Below, piece after piece: positions 11,032 through 21,689 of a DNA stretch of 64,000 nucleotides (positions are counted from its first letter, which is position 1; each line of letters starts with the position of its first letter). The stretch comes from Desulfatiglandales bacterium (GTDB lineage: Bacteria > Desulfobacterota > DSM-4660 > Desulfatiglandales > Desulfatiglandaceae). Under the pieces are notes generated by a model. It was given only the letters and a program-made list of their open reading frames with translations. It was not told where the DNA came from and did no database searches. Made by a program: the position numbers and the translations under genes. The stretch is from positions 5,856,001-5,920,000 of the forward strand of contig OY759599.1 in NCBI GenBank assembly GCA_963662465.1, written 5' to 3'.

Positions 11032-12468
11032 TTAGTCTTCAATCCCGGCCAACCGTTTGGAAGCCTTTTTTTTCTGCTCCACATTGGTTTCCCGGAAAAT
11101 GGTTACCCGATGGGCTTCAGGTGAACCGCCGCCATGGATATCGGAAATGGTGTCCGCGCTTTCCATGGCCAGTTTTTCCGCCAGGCGAAACATCTTGATC
11201 CGTTTTTCCACGGGAACGCCGTCGGCGCCCTTCAGATATTTTTTCAGCAGAGGACCCACCTCGGGGATTTCGAAATCCCGGTCGGAAGGCAGGTCCGCCA
11301 CGAACCCACCGCATACATCGATCATCAGTCGCGTCGCCTCTGCCATCTCTTTGCCCTCATGAATTTTGGAGGCATTGGCCAGGACTGTATCAATATAGTA
11401 GGTTCCGGAAGGCTGCTGGTTGCCTTCGTAGGAGGACGCCAGGCAGCACCCGTAAAGGGTTTCGGACCGATGGATCATGTCAATCACCTTCTGTTTCAGG
11501 TGGCCCGGTTTGGTCGTGCCGTTATATTCCATCATGTTCAGGGCCGTGCCGATCATACAGTCTATTTTTCCGGCCTTGCAGCCGCCATGGCTTTGTCTGT
11601 GAAATGAGGAAAATTTGATCACCATATCCACGGCAAATTCCACTTCTCCGCACATGAACACGCGTTCCCAGGGCACAAAAACATCGTCAAAAATCAGGGT
11701 AGGACAATTTTTGGAATAACGGAAATTTCCGGTGTCGCACCCCTCCATCTCTCGAACATCCAGGCTGGAGCGGCCCACCACATGGATCAGGCCCTTGGCG
11801 TCCGCCGGTACGGAAAAGGCGACGGCGTAGTCCTCATCCCCTTTTCTTAAGGCCCGGGTCGGCAGCACAATAATTTCATGGGAGGAAAGAGAGCCCGTCT
11901 GGTGGGCTTTAGCGCCGCGAACCACGATGCCGTCGTCTCTTTTCTCCACGACCCGCACGTACATGTCCTTGTCTTCCTGGTCTTTGGGTCCCTTGGATCG
12001 ATCTCCCTTGACATCGGTTACGCCCGCATTGCAGGTCAGGTCCTCTTTTTGGACATATTTCAGAAAATCATTGAAATTGTTATGGTAATGGGTTCCGTAT
12101 TTCTGGTCGATGTTATAGCAGACGATGGACAGGGTGGAGAGGCAATCCAGCCCGGTACACCGCTGGTGGCAGGTTCCCACGTAGCTTCCCAGGTTTCGAT
12201 TGATTTTTACCCGCGCCACCAGGTCTTCGATGCAGGAAGGGGGCAGCGTAAAACGATTGACCGGTTCGTTGATCAGCGGACTTTGGGTGACCACCATGTC
12301 GCGGTATTCATCCATTTCCGCTATTTCGTATGTGGAGCCGGTAGCTTCAATGCCGGCGCGAATTCGTGGGTTGTCCACCACATTGGTAATGCGTTCGCCA
12401 AACATGTACGCTACCGGGTTTAACTGACGCAGAGATTCAATATACTCATCTTTCGTTTTAAGACCCAT
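11032..12468 (-). CDS. abfD: 4-hydroxybutyryl-CoA dehydratase / vinylacetyl-CoA isomerase family
   Basis: CHQRCTGLD and HRQSHGGCK Fe-S ligand motifs, TDVKGDRS, GAKAHQTG, HGGGSP. Confidence 0.85.
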   Translation of the reverse strand: MGLKTKDEYIESLRQLNPVAYMFGERITNVVDNPRIRAGIEATGSTYEIAEMDEYRDMVVTQSPLINEPVNRFTLPPSCIEDLVARVKINRNLGSYVGTCHQRCTGLDCLSTLSIVCYNIDQKYGTHYHNNFNDFLKYVQKEDLTCNAGVTDVKGDRSKGPKDQEDKDMYVRVVEKRDDGIVVRGAKAHQTGSLSSHEIIVLPTRALRKGDEDYAVAFSVPADAKGLIHVVGRSSLDVREMEGCDTGNFRYSKNCPTLIFDDVFVPWERVFMCGEVEFAVDMVIKFSSFHRQSHGGCKAGKIDCMIGTALNMMEYNGTTKPGHLKQKVIDMIHRSETLYGCCLASSYEGNQQPSGTYYIDTVLANASKIHEGKEMAEATRLMIDVCGGFVADLPSDRDFEIPEVGPLLKKYLKGADGVPVEKRIKMFRLAEKLAMESADTISDIHGGGSPEAHRVTIFRETNVEQKKKASKRLAGIED

Positions 12469-12910
12469 TTGTTAACTCCTCCTTATTTTCTGAAAATGGT
12501 ATGGGGCTATGTTTTCAGCAACGCTCGCAAACGGGGGCGGCGGCTGGTGTTATGTCGATATCCGACGTCCTGATAAAAAAGACCGGGGTTATGGCCGGAA
12601 TGTCCTGATGCGCGATATCCACCGAAATCTTAAAAACGAGAAGATCGGTCAGAGTTAGATAGTACTCCGGACCGGCATGCTTTTTTTAGGTTTTATCAGG
12701 AGGATGCCACAGTTTTGTTCGCCGGTGGTCACGTAAACCCACGGCGCCCGTTTTTCGTTTGGTGTTCAGGCATCTTTCTGCAATTCAAAGCGAATCTGTG
12801 AATAAATAGGAATTTTATAGAATTGTCAAGGTTTTTTTAGCTATTGCCGTAGATTTTTTGTTTTTAAACTTGTATTGTTTTGCCGGGATCTTGTTGCTTG
12901 TATCAAATTA

Positions 12911-12926
12911 TGGTGCAGATCTTGCG
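12911..12926 (+). promoter_or_regulatory. Candidate sigma-54 promoter
   Basis: TGGTGCAGATCTTGCG fits GG-N10-GC, about 80 bp upstream of the kinase ATG. Confidence 0.35.
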
Positions 12927-13004
12927 CAGATCTTGTAAGTTGTAGATTTTCAGCGCCGACGGCCTGAATGGGTTGAGCGGTTGCGTAACAGGGAATTTAG
13001 AGAT

Positions 13005-15416
13005 ATGAAACGCCGACTATTGATTGTTGATGACGATGATGCTGTGAGGATACTGTTATCCACGATCCTCGAAAAGGAAGGATATGCCTGTTTTCTGGCG
13101 GAAGATGCCTTGTCAGCCCGCGAACTGTTAAAAAGCCGCCCATTTGATTTGATCCTGTGCGATATTATCATGCCCGGTGAATCCGGTCTTGATCTCATCC
13201 GGTTTTGCCGAGAACAATATCCGGAGATGGGCGCCATTATGGTGACGGGGATCGCAGACCCGCAATCGGCCAAGGAAGTACTGTGCATCGGCGTATACGG
13301 CTACATCATCAAGCCTTTCACCAACGATCAACTTTTAATTACCGTGGACAATGCCCTGAGACGGTGTGAGCTGGAAAGAGAACAGAAACGGCAGGCTGAA
13401 AACCTGGAGAACATGGTGCGTGAAAGAACGGCCGAGCTTCAAGAATCTATCCGACACCTGAAGGAGGCCAAAAACAAAATTCAGGAAAGTGAAACAAAAT
13501 TCAGGATTGTCATTGAAAAAGCCAACGATGGAATCGCCATGACGCGGAGAGGTCGGCATATCTATGCAAACCAAAATTTTTTGAAAATGTTCGGATATGA
13601 CCCAGCAGAGGAGATTGTCGGTCGCTCAATAAACGAAATTGTGCATCCGGACGAGACGGCGCGGCTTCTTGATATGTACGCCCGGAGAATCAGAGGGGAA
13701 AAAATCCCGGACCGGTATCGGTTCAAAGCGTTGAAGAAATCAGGCGAACCCATTATGGTGGAAGTCTCGGTGACGCGTGTGGACTACCAGGGACAAAAAA
13801 CGGCATTCGCCTTTTACAGAGACGTCACCGAAAGCACTCACATTCAAAAAGCATTGAAGGAAAGTGAAAAGCGGCTCAAAATCATACTTGAAAATGCACC
13901 GGTAGGCATCAAAATAGTTGACGCACAAAGCCGAAAGATCGTGGAAATAAACCGCGCCGGAGAGAAAATGATCGGAATTTCAAGGGAGATGATCGTTAAT
14001 AGGCCCTGTTGCGAATTTGTGTGTCCTGAACCCAAAACGTTTTGCCCTGTCATGGACTCCGGAGAAGAAATTCACAACCGGGAAACTGCTATTTCAAGAC
14101 CCGACGGACAAAACATTCAGGTTGCCAAGACAACGGTGCCTATTTCTCTTGAGGGTCGAAAGCACCTGATAGACATCTTTGTTGATATCAGTCGCCACAA
14201 AAAAGCCGTGGCGGAAGTGAGAAAGGCACACAGGGAAAAAGAGCAGCTCATTAAATCAATCCCTTCCATCCTGATCGGTGTGACGCCCGATGGCTTGGTT
14301 AGTCAGTGGAACCCGGTTTCGGAAAGGATCTTCGGCATTCGCGCTCTGGAGATCCTGGGCCGACCCTTTTCCCGCTGCGGCATTGAATGGGATTGGTCGA
14401 GGGTTAATGAGGCGGTTGCCGATTGCTTGAACGCTAAAATATTGATTTCTCGTGAAAAGGTTCGCTTCACCGGAAACGACGGCAAGGAGGGATTTCTGGG
14501 CCTTACGTTTACACCGGTTGCGTCCGATGAGGCCGACAGACTCGGTTTCCTGGTACTGGGGGCGGATATCACAAGCCGCATTATGCTGGAACTTCAGCTT
14601 GACCAGGCCAGAAAGTTGGAAGCCATTGGGCAACTGGCGGCCGGCATTGCCCATGAAATCAACACCCCCACACAGTACATAGGCGACAACATCCGGTTTT
14701 TTCAGGACGCCTTTAATGATATGAAACCCCTTTTTGAACATTACAGGGCTTTGCCTGATAGATTATTGGCAGAGGGGGTTTCGAAAATTATTATTGAGGA
14801 GATGAAGGAAAACATTGTAAACGGGGACATGGATTATCTACTGACGGAAATTCCCCAGGCCCTGGAGCAGACGCTGGAAGGCGTCGTGCGTGTTTCCACC
14901 ATTGTTCGTTCCATGAAAGAATTTTCCCATCCGGGGACCAAGGAAAAGACGGCCGTGGATATTAATCGGGCCATTGAAAATACGGTCATTGTTTCTCGAA
15001 ACGAGTGGAAATATGTGGCTGATTTGGAAACGGATCTGGATCCCCTGCTGCCGCATGTTTTCTGCCTGCCTGCTGAAGTCAATCAAGTCATTTTAAACAT
15101 GATTACCAACGCCGCTCATGCCGTCAAAGATGTGGTTGGGGATGGTGGGGGTGAAAAAGGGCTGATAACGATCCGTACGCGCGCAATGGGCGATTTTGTC
15201 GAGATTCGGATCAGCGATACGGGCGCGGGAATTCCGGAAGGAATCCAAACCCGCGTCTTTGATCCCTTTTTTACCACCAAAGAAGTCGGCAAAGGGACGG
15301 GACAGGGATTGGCCATTTCCCGGTCGGTCATCGTCGATAAACATGGCGGAACCCTCTCATTCGAAACGGAACAGGGAAAAGGCACGTCCTTTTCCATTCA
15401 TTTGCCGGTAGAATAA
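13005..15416 (+). CDS. REC-PAS-PAS-PAS histidine kinase (NtrB-like)
   Basis: N-terminal REC, three PAS, AAGIAHEINTP H-box, FFTTKEVGKGTGQGL. Confidence 0.92.
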   Translation: MKRRLLIVDDDDAVRILLSTILEKEGYACFLAEDALSARELLKSRPFDLILCDIIMPGESGLDLIRFCREQYPEMGAIMVTGIADPQSAKEVLCIGVYGYIIKPFTNDQLLITVDNALRRCELEREQKRQAENLENMVRERTAELQESIRHLKEAKNKIQESETKFRIVIEKANDGIAMTRRGRHIYANQNFLKMFGYDPAEEIVGRSINEIVHPDETARLLDMYARRIRGEKIPDRYRFKALKKSGEPIMVEVSVTRVDYQGQKTAFAFYRDVTESTHIQKALKESEKRLKIILENAPVGIKIVDAQSRKIVEINRAGEKMIGISREMIVNRPCCEFVCPEPKTFCPVMDSGEEIHNRETAISRPDGQNIQVAKTTVPISLEGRKHLIDIFVDISRHKKAVAEVRKAHREKEQLIKSIPSILIGVTPDGLVSQWNPVSERIFGIRALEILGRPFSRCGIEWDWSRVNEAVADCLNAKILISREKVRFTGNDGKEGFLGLTFTPVASDEADRLGFLVLGADITSRIMLELQLDQARKLEAIGQLAAGIAHEINTPTQYIGDNIRFFQDAFNDMKPLFEHYRALPDRLLAEGVSKIIIEEMKENIVNGDMDYLLTEIPQALEQTLEGVVRVSTIVRSMKEFSHPGTKEKTAVDINRAIENTVIVSRNEWKYVADLETDLDPLLPHVFCLPAEVNQVILNMITNAAHAVKDVVGDGGGEKGLITIRTRAMGDFVEIRISDTGAGIPEGIQTRVFDPFFTTKEVGKGTGQGLAISRSVIVDKHGGTLSFETEQGKGTSFSIHLPVE

Positions 15417-15444
15417 AAATGAACACAAATCGGAGCCTTAAAAA

Positions 15445-16668
15445 ATGACGGAACAGGCGATTTTGAAGCGCCGGATTCTTTTTGTTGATGATGAGCAGAG
15501 GATTATCCAGGGGTTGAGACGGATGTTGCGCAAGATGGGCCGGGATTGGGAAATGGAATTTGCCCAAAACGGCCCGGAGGCGATGCGACTGTTGGCTCGG
15601 AAACCCTTTGACGTCATTGTGACGGATATGCGGATGCCCGGTATGGACGGCGCCGGCCTTCTGGCGGAGGTTCAAAACGAATATCCCCATATGGTCAGAA
15701 TTATTCTTTCCGGCCTGTCCAGCGATGAGACGATCATCAAGGCAACCGGTTCGGCCCATCAGTTTTTGATGAAACCGTGCGAGCCTGAATTGCTCATCCG
15801 CACCATCAATCGGGCCTGCGCCTTGAGGGATCTTCTGAACAACGAAATTCTGGAACGGATCGTCTCCCAAACGGATTCCCTGCCGAGTCTTCCGGATCTT
15901 TATGGCAGGCTCATGGAAGAGATGAGGACTTCCGAAGGGTCAATTCAGCGGGTAGGGGAAATTATTGAAACGGATTTGAGCATGAGTGCAAAGGTGGTGC
16001 AATTGGTGAGCTCCGCATTTTTCGGCTTGCCCAGACGGATTTCGCGCCCTTCAGAAGCGGTGATGCTGCTCGGTCTGGATACGGTGAAATCACTGGCGCT
16101 TACCTTGGGACTGTTTTCAAAATTTGACGAATCCACATTGTCGTTTATTCCCATTAAGCGTATTTATGAACACTCCATGAAAACGGGGCTTTTGGCCAGA
16201 GAAATTGCCGGAGCGGAGGGCGCTGATACGGTAATGGTGGCCGATGCGTTTATGACCGGTTTGCTTCATGACGTGGGAAAGCTGCTGCTCGGACACAATA
16301 TCCCTGACATTTACCAAAGGATTTTTGAACGGTCCTCTCGAGAAAAGATTCCTTTTTTTGAAGCGGAAAGAGCGGAACTGGGCGCCACCCATGGAGAAGT
16401 GGGCGCTTATCTTCTGGGCCTGTGGGGATTGCCCGACGCTGTTGTGGAAGGGGTGGCATTTCACCATAATCTGGGCGGATCTCTCGTGAAAGGGTTTGAG
16501 CCGCTGATCGCCGTGCATGTGGCTAGCGCAATTGAACATTCCCCCTGTCAGTCAAATGGCGAAAAGGTTTTTGTGGAAGGCATTGATATGGAGGGGCTGG
16601 AGCGTTTAGGTCTCAAAGCCCGGTTGCCCGCATGGATCGAAGCGTGTCATGAAGTGGAGGGTTTTTAG
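15445..16668 (+). CDS. REC-HDOD domain protein
   Basis: REC plus LPSLP...SAFFG...GLLHDVGK...THGEVGAYLLGLWGLP. Confidence 0.9.
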   Translation: MTEQAILKRRILFVDDEQRIIQGLRRMLRKMGRDWEMEFAQNGPEAMRLLARKPFDVIVTDMRMPGMDGAGLLAEVQNEYPHMVRIILSGLSSDETIIKATGSAHQFLMKPCEPELLIRTINRACALRDLLNNEILERIVSQTDSLPSLPDLYGRLMEEMRTSEGSIQRVGEIIETDLSMSAKVVQLVSSAFFGLPRRISRPSEAVMLLGLDTVKSLALTLGLFSKFDESTLSFIPIKRIYEHSMKTGLLAREIAGAEGADTVMVADAFMTGLLHDVGKLLLGHNIPDIYQRIFERSSREKIPFFEAERAELGATHGEVGAYLLGLWGLPDAVVEGVAFHHNLGGSLVKGFEPLIAVHVASAIEHSPCQSNGEKVFVEGIDMEGLERLGLKARLPAWIEACHEVEGF

Positions 16669-17826
16669 ATGGCCATGAATCGAAATATACTGGTGGTGGA
16701 TGACGACCGAAATCTGTTGAATTCCCTGATTCGAGGGTTGAGAAAGAGATTTCAGGTGGAGGCGGCGCTGGGGCCGGAAGAGGGCTTGAGGATTCTTGCC
16801 GCCAAAGGGCCCTTTGCGGTGATCGTTTCCGATCTGCGCATGCCCGTCATGGATGGGATTCAATTCCTTTCCAAGGCCAAGACCATTACGCCCGACAGTG
16901 TGCGAATCATTCTCACCGGGAATGCCGATCTGCAGAGCGCCATGGAAGCGGTCAACAAGGGGAGCATTTACCGTTTTCTCACGAAACCCTGTCCCAGCCA
17001 GATTCTAAGCGGCGTCCTGAAGCAGGCGGTGGAACAGTACCGGCTTATCACCGCGGAGAAGGAATTGTTGGAAAAAACCTTGAAGGGGAGCGTCAAGGTG
17101 TTGAGCGAACTGCTTTCCCTCCTCAACCCGGAGGCTTTTGGAAGGTCCTCAAGAATAAAACGCCATGCCGCGGATTTGGCGGGCCAGCTGCAGGTTGTGG
17201 ATATCTGGCGTATTGAGACCGCCGCCATGCTGTCGCAAATCGGTTGCGTTACCTTATCGGAGGAGATTATCCGGAAGATACATCAAGGAAAGGATCTCAC
17301 TGAAGAAGAGGCCAGGCGTTTTGGTGCGCATCCCAGGATTGCATCCGAACTTCTGCGTCACATTCCCAGGATGGGAGAGGTGGCGGAAATCATCGCGTGT
17401 CAGGAACGACATTTCGATGGCAAAGGCCATATTGAAGACCCCCGGAAAGGGGAAGATATTCCTTTGGGCGCACGAATTTTAAAAGTGGTTCTCGATTTTG
17501 ACACCCTGGAGTCCAAAGGCCTTTCCAAGATTGATGCCTTGAAAGAATTGGGGCAACGCCCGGGTTGGTATGATCCTGCTGTCTTAAAGGCCTTTGAGGC
17601 GGTTTTGGGGGTTAGCAAAAGATATGTGGTAAGAGACGAGTCCGTGAGCAGGCTTAGAGCCCATATGATTCTTGGGGAGGATGTGAAAGCGCTCAATGGA
17701 CAGTTGCTGATTTCACGAGGACAGGAAGTCACTCTGGCGTTGAAGGAAAGATTGAAGAGTTTTGCCGACACCGCCGGCGTTAAAGAGCCGATTCGAGTAT
17801 TTGTGCCCCTTGAGATTGCCAATTGA
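16669..17826 (+). CDS. REC plus degenerate HD-GYP domain protein
   Basis: REC; HD replaced by SQ (AMLSQIG), GYP by GHI; IPLGARI retained. Confidence 0.85.
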   Translation: MAMNRNILVVDDDRNLLNSLIRGLRKRFQVEAALGPEEGLRILAAKGPFAVIVSDLRMPVMDGIQFLSKAKTITPDSVRIILTGNADLQSAMEAVNKGSIYRFLTKPCPSQILSGVLKQAVEQYRLITAEKELLEKTLKGSVKVLSELLSLLNPEAFGRSSRIKRHAADLAGQLQVVDIWRIETAAMLSQIGCVTLSEEIIRKIHQGKDLTEEEARRFGAHPRIASELLRHIPRMGEVAEIIACQERHFDGKGHIEDPRKGEDIPLGARILKVVLDFDTLESKGLSKIDALKELGQRPGWYDPAVLKAFEAVLGVSKRYVVRDESVSRLRAHMILGEDVKALNGQLLISRGQEVTLALKERLKSFADTAGVKEPIRVFVPLEIAN

Positions 17827-17943
17827 CATTCCTTGATATCTCAATTATCTAAGGCGGCAAGCTGCGGTTTTAAGTTTTCCTGACAATGATTTTCTTGTTT
17901 TTTGTAACAGCGTTTCAATTGTTTAAACTGAGGTTAATTTTAT

Positions 17944-19575
17944 ATGGAATATTCAATCAGTCCCGAAGGAGAAAGTTTCAGTCTCCCCACGGAAGAAGAA
18001 CACGTGCGGGAATTTGATAGATTAAAGACGCTGGTCCGGGAACATCGCGAAAAGGGATTTGAAATTGTCGTGGTCATGGGCCTGGGATTCGTAGGCGCCG
18101 TCATGGCGGGGGTTGTGGCGGATTCCGTTGACCCTGAAACCGGCAAACCCAACAAGTTTGTTATCGGCATGCAGCGGCCCAGCACGCGAAGTTACTGGAA
18201 AATTCCCCTCTTCAACTGTGGCGTGTCCCCCATCAAGGCGGAGGATCCGGAAGTGGCGCCCCTAATCGCACGCTGCGTCAATCAAAAAAAGACCCTCACG
18301 GCCACCTTTACCCATGACGCCCTTTCCCTTGCGGACATTCTGGTGGTGGATGTGCAATGTGATTTTTTGAAGCAGGAGCTGGGCAATCTCAAGACGGGGT
18401 TTGCCGAGATCGGCGCCTTGGAAAGCAGTTTTAAAATTATCGGGGAGAAAATATCCCCCCATTGCCTGGTTTTGATTGAAACCACCGTGCCGCCGGGAAC
18501 CACCGAATATGTGGCCTATCCGCTCATCAAAAAGGGCTTTAAGGCCCGGGGGATTGAAGTGGATCCGCTGTTGGCCCATAGCTATGAACGGGTGATGCCC
18601 GGGAAAGAGTATGTACGCTCGGTGCGGGATTTCTGGCGGGTTTGCAGCGGCATCAACCCTGAAAGCAGGGAAAAGGTGACCCGGTTTCTGTCTCACGTAC
18701 TCAATGTGAAAGATTATCCCCTGACGGTATTGGATCGGCCCATTGAGAGTGAAACCTGCAAGATCGTGGAAAACAGCTATCGGGCCACCATTCTGGCCTT
18801 TCTGAACGAATGGAGCCTTTTTTCCGAAACAAATGGGGTCGACATCGTCAAGGTCATCAACGCCATTAAAATACGCCCTACCCACAGCAATATCCTTTTC
18901 CCCGGCCCCGGTATCGGGGGGTATTGCCTTCCAAAAGACGGGGGGTTGGGCATATGGGCCTACAAGCATCTCATGGGGTTTGAAAATGAGATTTTCAAAA
19001 TTACCCCCGAGGCCATCAACATCAATGATACCCGTGCGCTGCACGCCGCCCAACTGGTGCGGGATGCCCTCAGGAACAGGGGTCGCATCGTGGCTGCGTC
19101 CCAGATCACCCTGCTGGGCGCCTCTTACCGGGAGGATGTGGGGGATACCCGGTACAGCGGCAGCGAGATTATTGTGCGGAAGCTCACGGAAATGGGGGCC
19201 GAGATAAAGGCCCACGATCCCTATGTGCGGCACTGGTGGGAATTGGAAAATCAGGATTCCTATCCGGCCGTGGGCGCCAGCTGGTCCAGGTTTTTCAGAA
19301 ACCAGGAGCATTTTTCGGATTTTAAGATGACTGAGGACCTGAGAGAGGCCGTAAAAGGCGCGGATGCCGTGATTCTGGCCGTTCGCCATCGCCCCTACCT
19401 GGAACTTGCCCCCGATGACCTGGTGGAAATGGTCGGAGGTCCCCTTGCCGTGATAGACTGCTTCGGTATTCTGGATGATCAGAAAATTAGACGGTATTTT
19501 GAACTGGGTTGCGAAGTGAAAGGGATGGGGCGGGGGCATATCAAGCGGATTAAGGATAGTGTCCTGAGGGGATAG
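17944..19575 (+). CDS. UDP-glucose/GDP-mannose dehydrogenase family protein
   Basis: GLGFVG, ETTVPPGTT, KIVENSYR, GIGGYCLPKD. Confidence 0.9.
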   Translation: MEYSISPEGESFSLPTEEEHVREFDRLKTLVREHREKGFEIVVVMGLGFVGAVMAGVVADSVDPETGKPNKFVIGMQRPSTRSYWKIPLFNCGVSPIKAEDPEVAPLIARCVNQKKTLTATFTHDALSLADILVVDVQCDFLKQELGNLKTGFAEIGALESSFKIIGEKISPHCLVLIETTVPPGTTEYVAYPLIKKGFKARGIEVDPLLAHSYERVMPGKEYVRSVRDFWRVCSGINPESREKVTRFLSHVLNVKDYPLTVLDRPIESETCKIVENSYRATILAFLNEWSLFSETNGVDIVKVINAIKIRPTHSNILFPGPGIGGYCLPKDGGLGIWAYKHLMGFENEIFKITPEAININDTRALHAAQLVRDALRNRGRIVAASQITLLGASYREDVGDTRYSGSEIIVRKLTEMGAEIKAHDPYVRHWWELENQDSYPAVGASWSRFFRNQEHFSDFKMTEDLREAVKGADAVILAVRHRPYLELAPDDLVEMVGGPLAVIDCFGILDDQKIRRYFELGCEVKGMGRGHIKRIKDSVLRG

Positions 19576-19616
19576 GGGTCGGAGGTCAGAGGTCAGAGGT
19601 CAGAGGTCGGAAGTCA
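19575..19616 (+). repeat. Heptamer tandem repeat (GAGGTCA-like) x6
   Basis: GGGGTCG GAGGTCA GAGGTCA GAGGTCA GAGGTCG GAAGTCA. Confidence 0.9.
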
Positions 19617-19645
19617 CGGTGTAAAGCGCTATTAAGGGGGTATTT

Positions 19646-20764
19646 ATGAAAAGACTGGGGTTTTTTCTTTTTTTCTGGATTTTTATGATTTGCCCTTCGT
19701 GGGCGGAGACCATCAAGATTCCTTTGGCCGCGCCATTTTCGGGTCCGCTGGCATCCTTTGGCGAAGGGATGAAAAACGGCGCATTACTGAAAGCCGAGGA
19801 AATCAACGCTAAAGGCGGCATCAACGGCATGAAAGTTGAGGTTGTTCTGGAGGACGAACTGTGCGATCCCAAAGAGGCAGCCATCGTGGCCACCAAACTG
19901 GCCGGGAATCCTGAAGTATCCGTGGTTGTGGGGCATCTTTGCAGCTCCGCATCCCTGGCCGCCCTTCCCGTTTACAAGGAAGCCGGGCTCCCGGCCATAT
20001 CGCCGGCATCCACCAATATCAGCCTCGGTAAAATGAGCCCCTATTACTTCCGCAACGTCTATAAAGACGATATCCAGGGGCTTTTCCTGGCCAAATATGT
20101 CAAGCGCATAAAGGGTTACAAGAAGGTAGCTGTCTTTTATGAAATGAATGACTATTCCATTGGGTTGATGGAGGCCTTCGTGAAACAGGCCAAAAAGAGC
20201 GGTGTCAGGATTCTGGGAAAAGAGGCCTACACCGCTGAGACCACGGACTTCAAACCCCAACTCACCAAATTCAAAATGATGAAACCGGATGCCATTTTTA
20301 TTCCCGGATACGCCCCTCAAGGGACCCTGATCATTTCCCAGGCCAAAAGCCTGGGCATCAAAAATGTGGATTTTTTGGGGGCGGATGGCTTGGACGACGA
20401 TCTCATGTTGAAAAACCCGGATGCGGAAGGTCTTTTTGTGACGACCCCGTTTATTCCCGATAAAGCCGGCCCGAAAGCCGCCGGTTTTATCAAGGCCTAC
20501 CGGGAAAAATACGGCATAGACCCCAACTGGTTTGCCGCCAACACGTACGATGCTGTTGGTATTGCGGCGGCGGCCATCGCCGCGGTGGGGCGGGACAGGG
20601 AAAAAATTCGAGCGTATCTGGCTTCCATTGACACCCGGGAAAAAGCCTATGACGGGGTGGCCGGCAAGACCTATTTTGATCAAAACGGGGATTGTCTGAA
20701 AGAGGCTTTTGTCAAGGAAATTAAGAATGGCAAATGGATCGGTGCGGAAAAACAGCTCCAATAA
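19646..20764 (+). CDS. livK: Branched-chain amino acid ABC transporter substrate-binding protein
   Basis: Signal peptide, INAKGGING, VGHLCSS, YDAV motifs. Confidence 0.88.
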   Translation: MKRLGFFLFFWIFMICPSWAETIKIPLAAPFSGPLASFGEGMKNGALLKAEEINAKGGINGMKVEVVLEDELCDPKEAAIVATKLAGNPEVSVVVGHLCSSASLAALPVYKEAGLPAISPASTNISLGKMSPYYFRNVYKDDIQGLFLAKYVKRIKGYKKVAVFYEMNDYSIGLMEAFVKQAKKSGVRILGKEAYTAETTDFKPQLTKFKMMKPDAIFIPGYAPQGTLIISQAKSLGIKNVDFLGADGLDDDLMLKNPDAEGLFVTTPFIPDKAGPKAAGFIKAYREKYGIDPNWFAANTYDAVGIAAAAIAAVGRDREKIRAYLASIDTREKAYDGVAGKTYFDQNGDCLKEAFVKEIKNGKWIGAEKQLQ

Positions 20765-20774
20765 GGCATAACTG

Positions 20775-21689
20775 GTGGAAAGCCTTCTGGATCAATCGAG
20801 TCTTTTTTTGCAGCAGCTGGTGAACGGCATTACCCTGGGAGGCGTCTACGCGCTCATTGCCGTCGGCTATACCATGGTTTACGGGGTTATTTCGTTGATC
20901 AATTTCGCCCATGGGGAGATCTACATGCTGGGCGCCTTTCTCGCCTACACCCTGGTGGCGGTTCTGGGGATGCCCTTTTTTGCGGCATTCTTCCTCACCC
21001 TGGTGATCTGCGCCGTTCTGGGCATTGTTCTGGATTTTGTGGCCTATCGTCCTTTGCGCAAGGCCCCTCGTTTGGCCGCGTTGATTACCGCCATCGGGAT
21101 GTCCATCTTTTTGCAGAACATGGCGATGTTGATCTGGGGGAGCCAAATCAAGTCATATCCCAGGGACATGCTGCCGACATTTTTTTCCGAGGCGGCCATC
21201 ACCTTTGGAGATGTCACCTTAAGCTGGCTTCAACTGTTTATTCTGTCCATTACCCTTCTGTCCATGATCATCCTTCATCTCACAATTCATAAAACCAGAA
21301 TCGGCATGGCCATGCGCGCCATTTCACAGGACAAGACCGCATCCGCCCTCATGGGGATCGGGGTCAATCGCGTTATCAGTTTTACCTTTGCCATTGGTTC
21401 GGCCATGGGGGCTATGGCCGGGATCCTGGTGGGGCTCTATTACAATGCCATTTTTCCCACCATGGGGTATGTCGCCGGCATCAAAGCCTTTGCCGCCGCG
21501 GTCCTGGGAGGCATCGGCAGCGTTCCCGGGGCCATGCTGGGGGGCGGTGTACTGGGGATTGCCGAAGTGATGGGGGCGGGATACATTTCTTCCGAATACC
21601 GGGACGGCATCTCCTATGCCGTCATGATTGCGGTGATCCTCTTTAAACCTTCGGGCCTGATCGGCAAGCAGATGGGGGAAAAAGTGTGA
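20775..21689 (+). CDS. livH: BCAA ABC permease
   Basis: QQLVNG, INFAHGE, KAFAAAVLGGIGS. Confidence 0.92.
   Translation: MESLLDQSSLFLQQLVNGITLGGVYALIAVGYTMVYGVISLINFAHGEIYMLGAFLAYTLVAVLGMPFFAAFFLTLVICAVLGIVLDFVAYRPLRKAPRLAALITAIGMSIFLQNMAMLIWGSQIKSYPRDMLPTFFSEAAITFGDVTLSWLQLFILSITLLSMIILHLTIHKTRIGMAMRAISQDKTASALMGIGVNRVISFTFAIGSAMGAMAGILVGLYYNAIFPTMGYVAGIKAFAAAVLGGIGSVPGAMLGGGVLGIAEVMGAGYISSEYRDGISYAVMIAVILFKPSGLIGKQMGEKV

Noticed and set aside
18262..20761. Long minus-strand ORFs (425 and 325 aa)
   Set aside because: Shadows of the sugar dehydrogenase and livK genes
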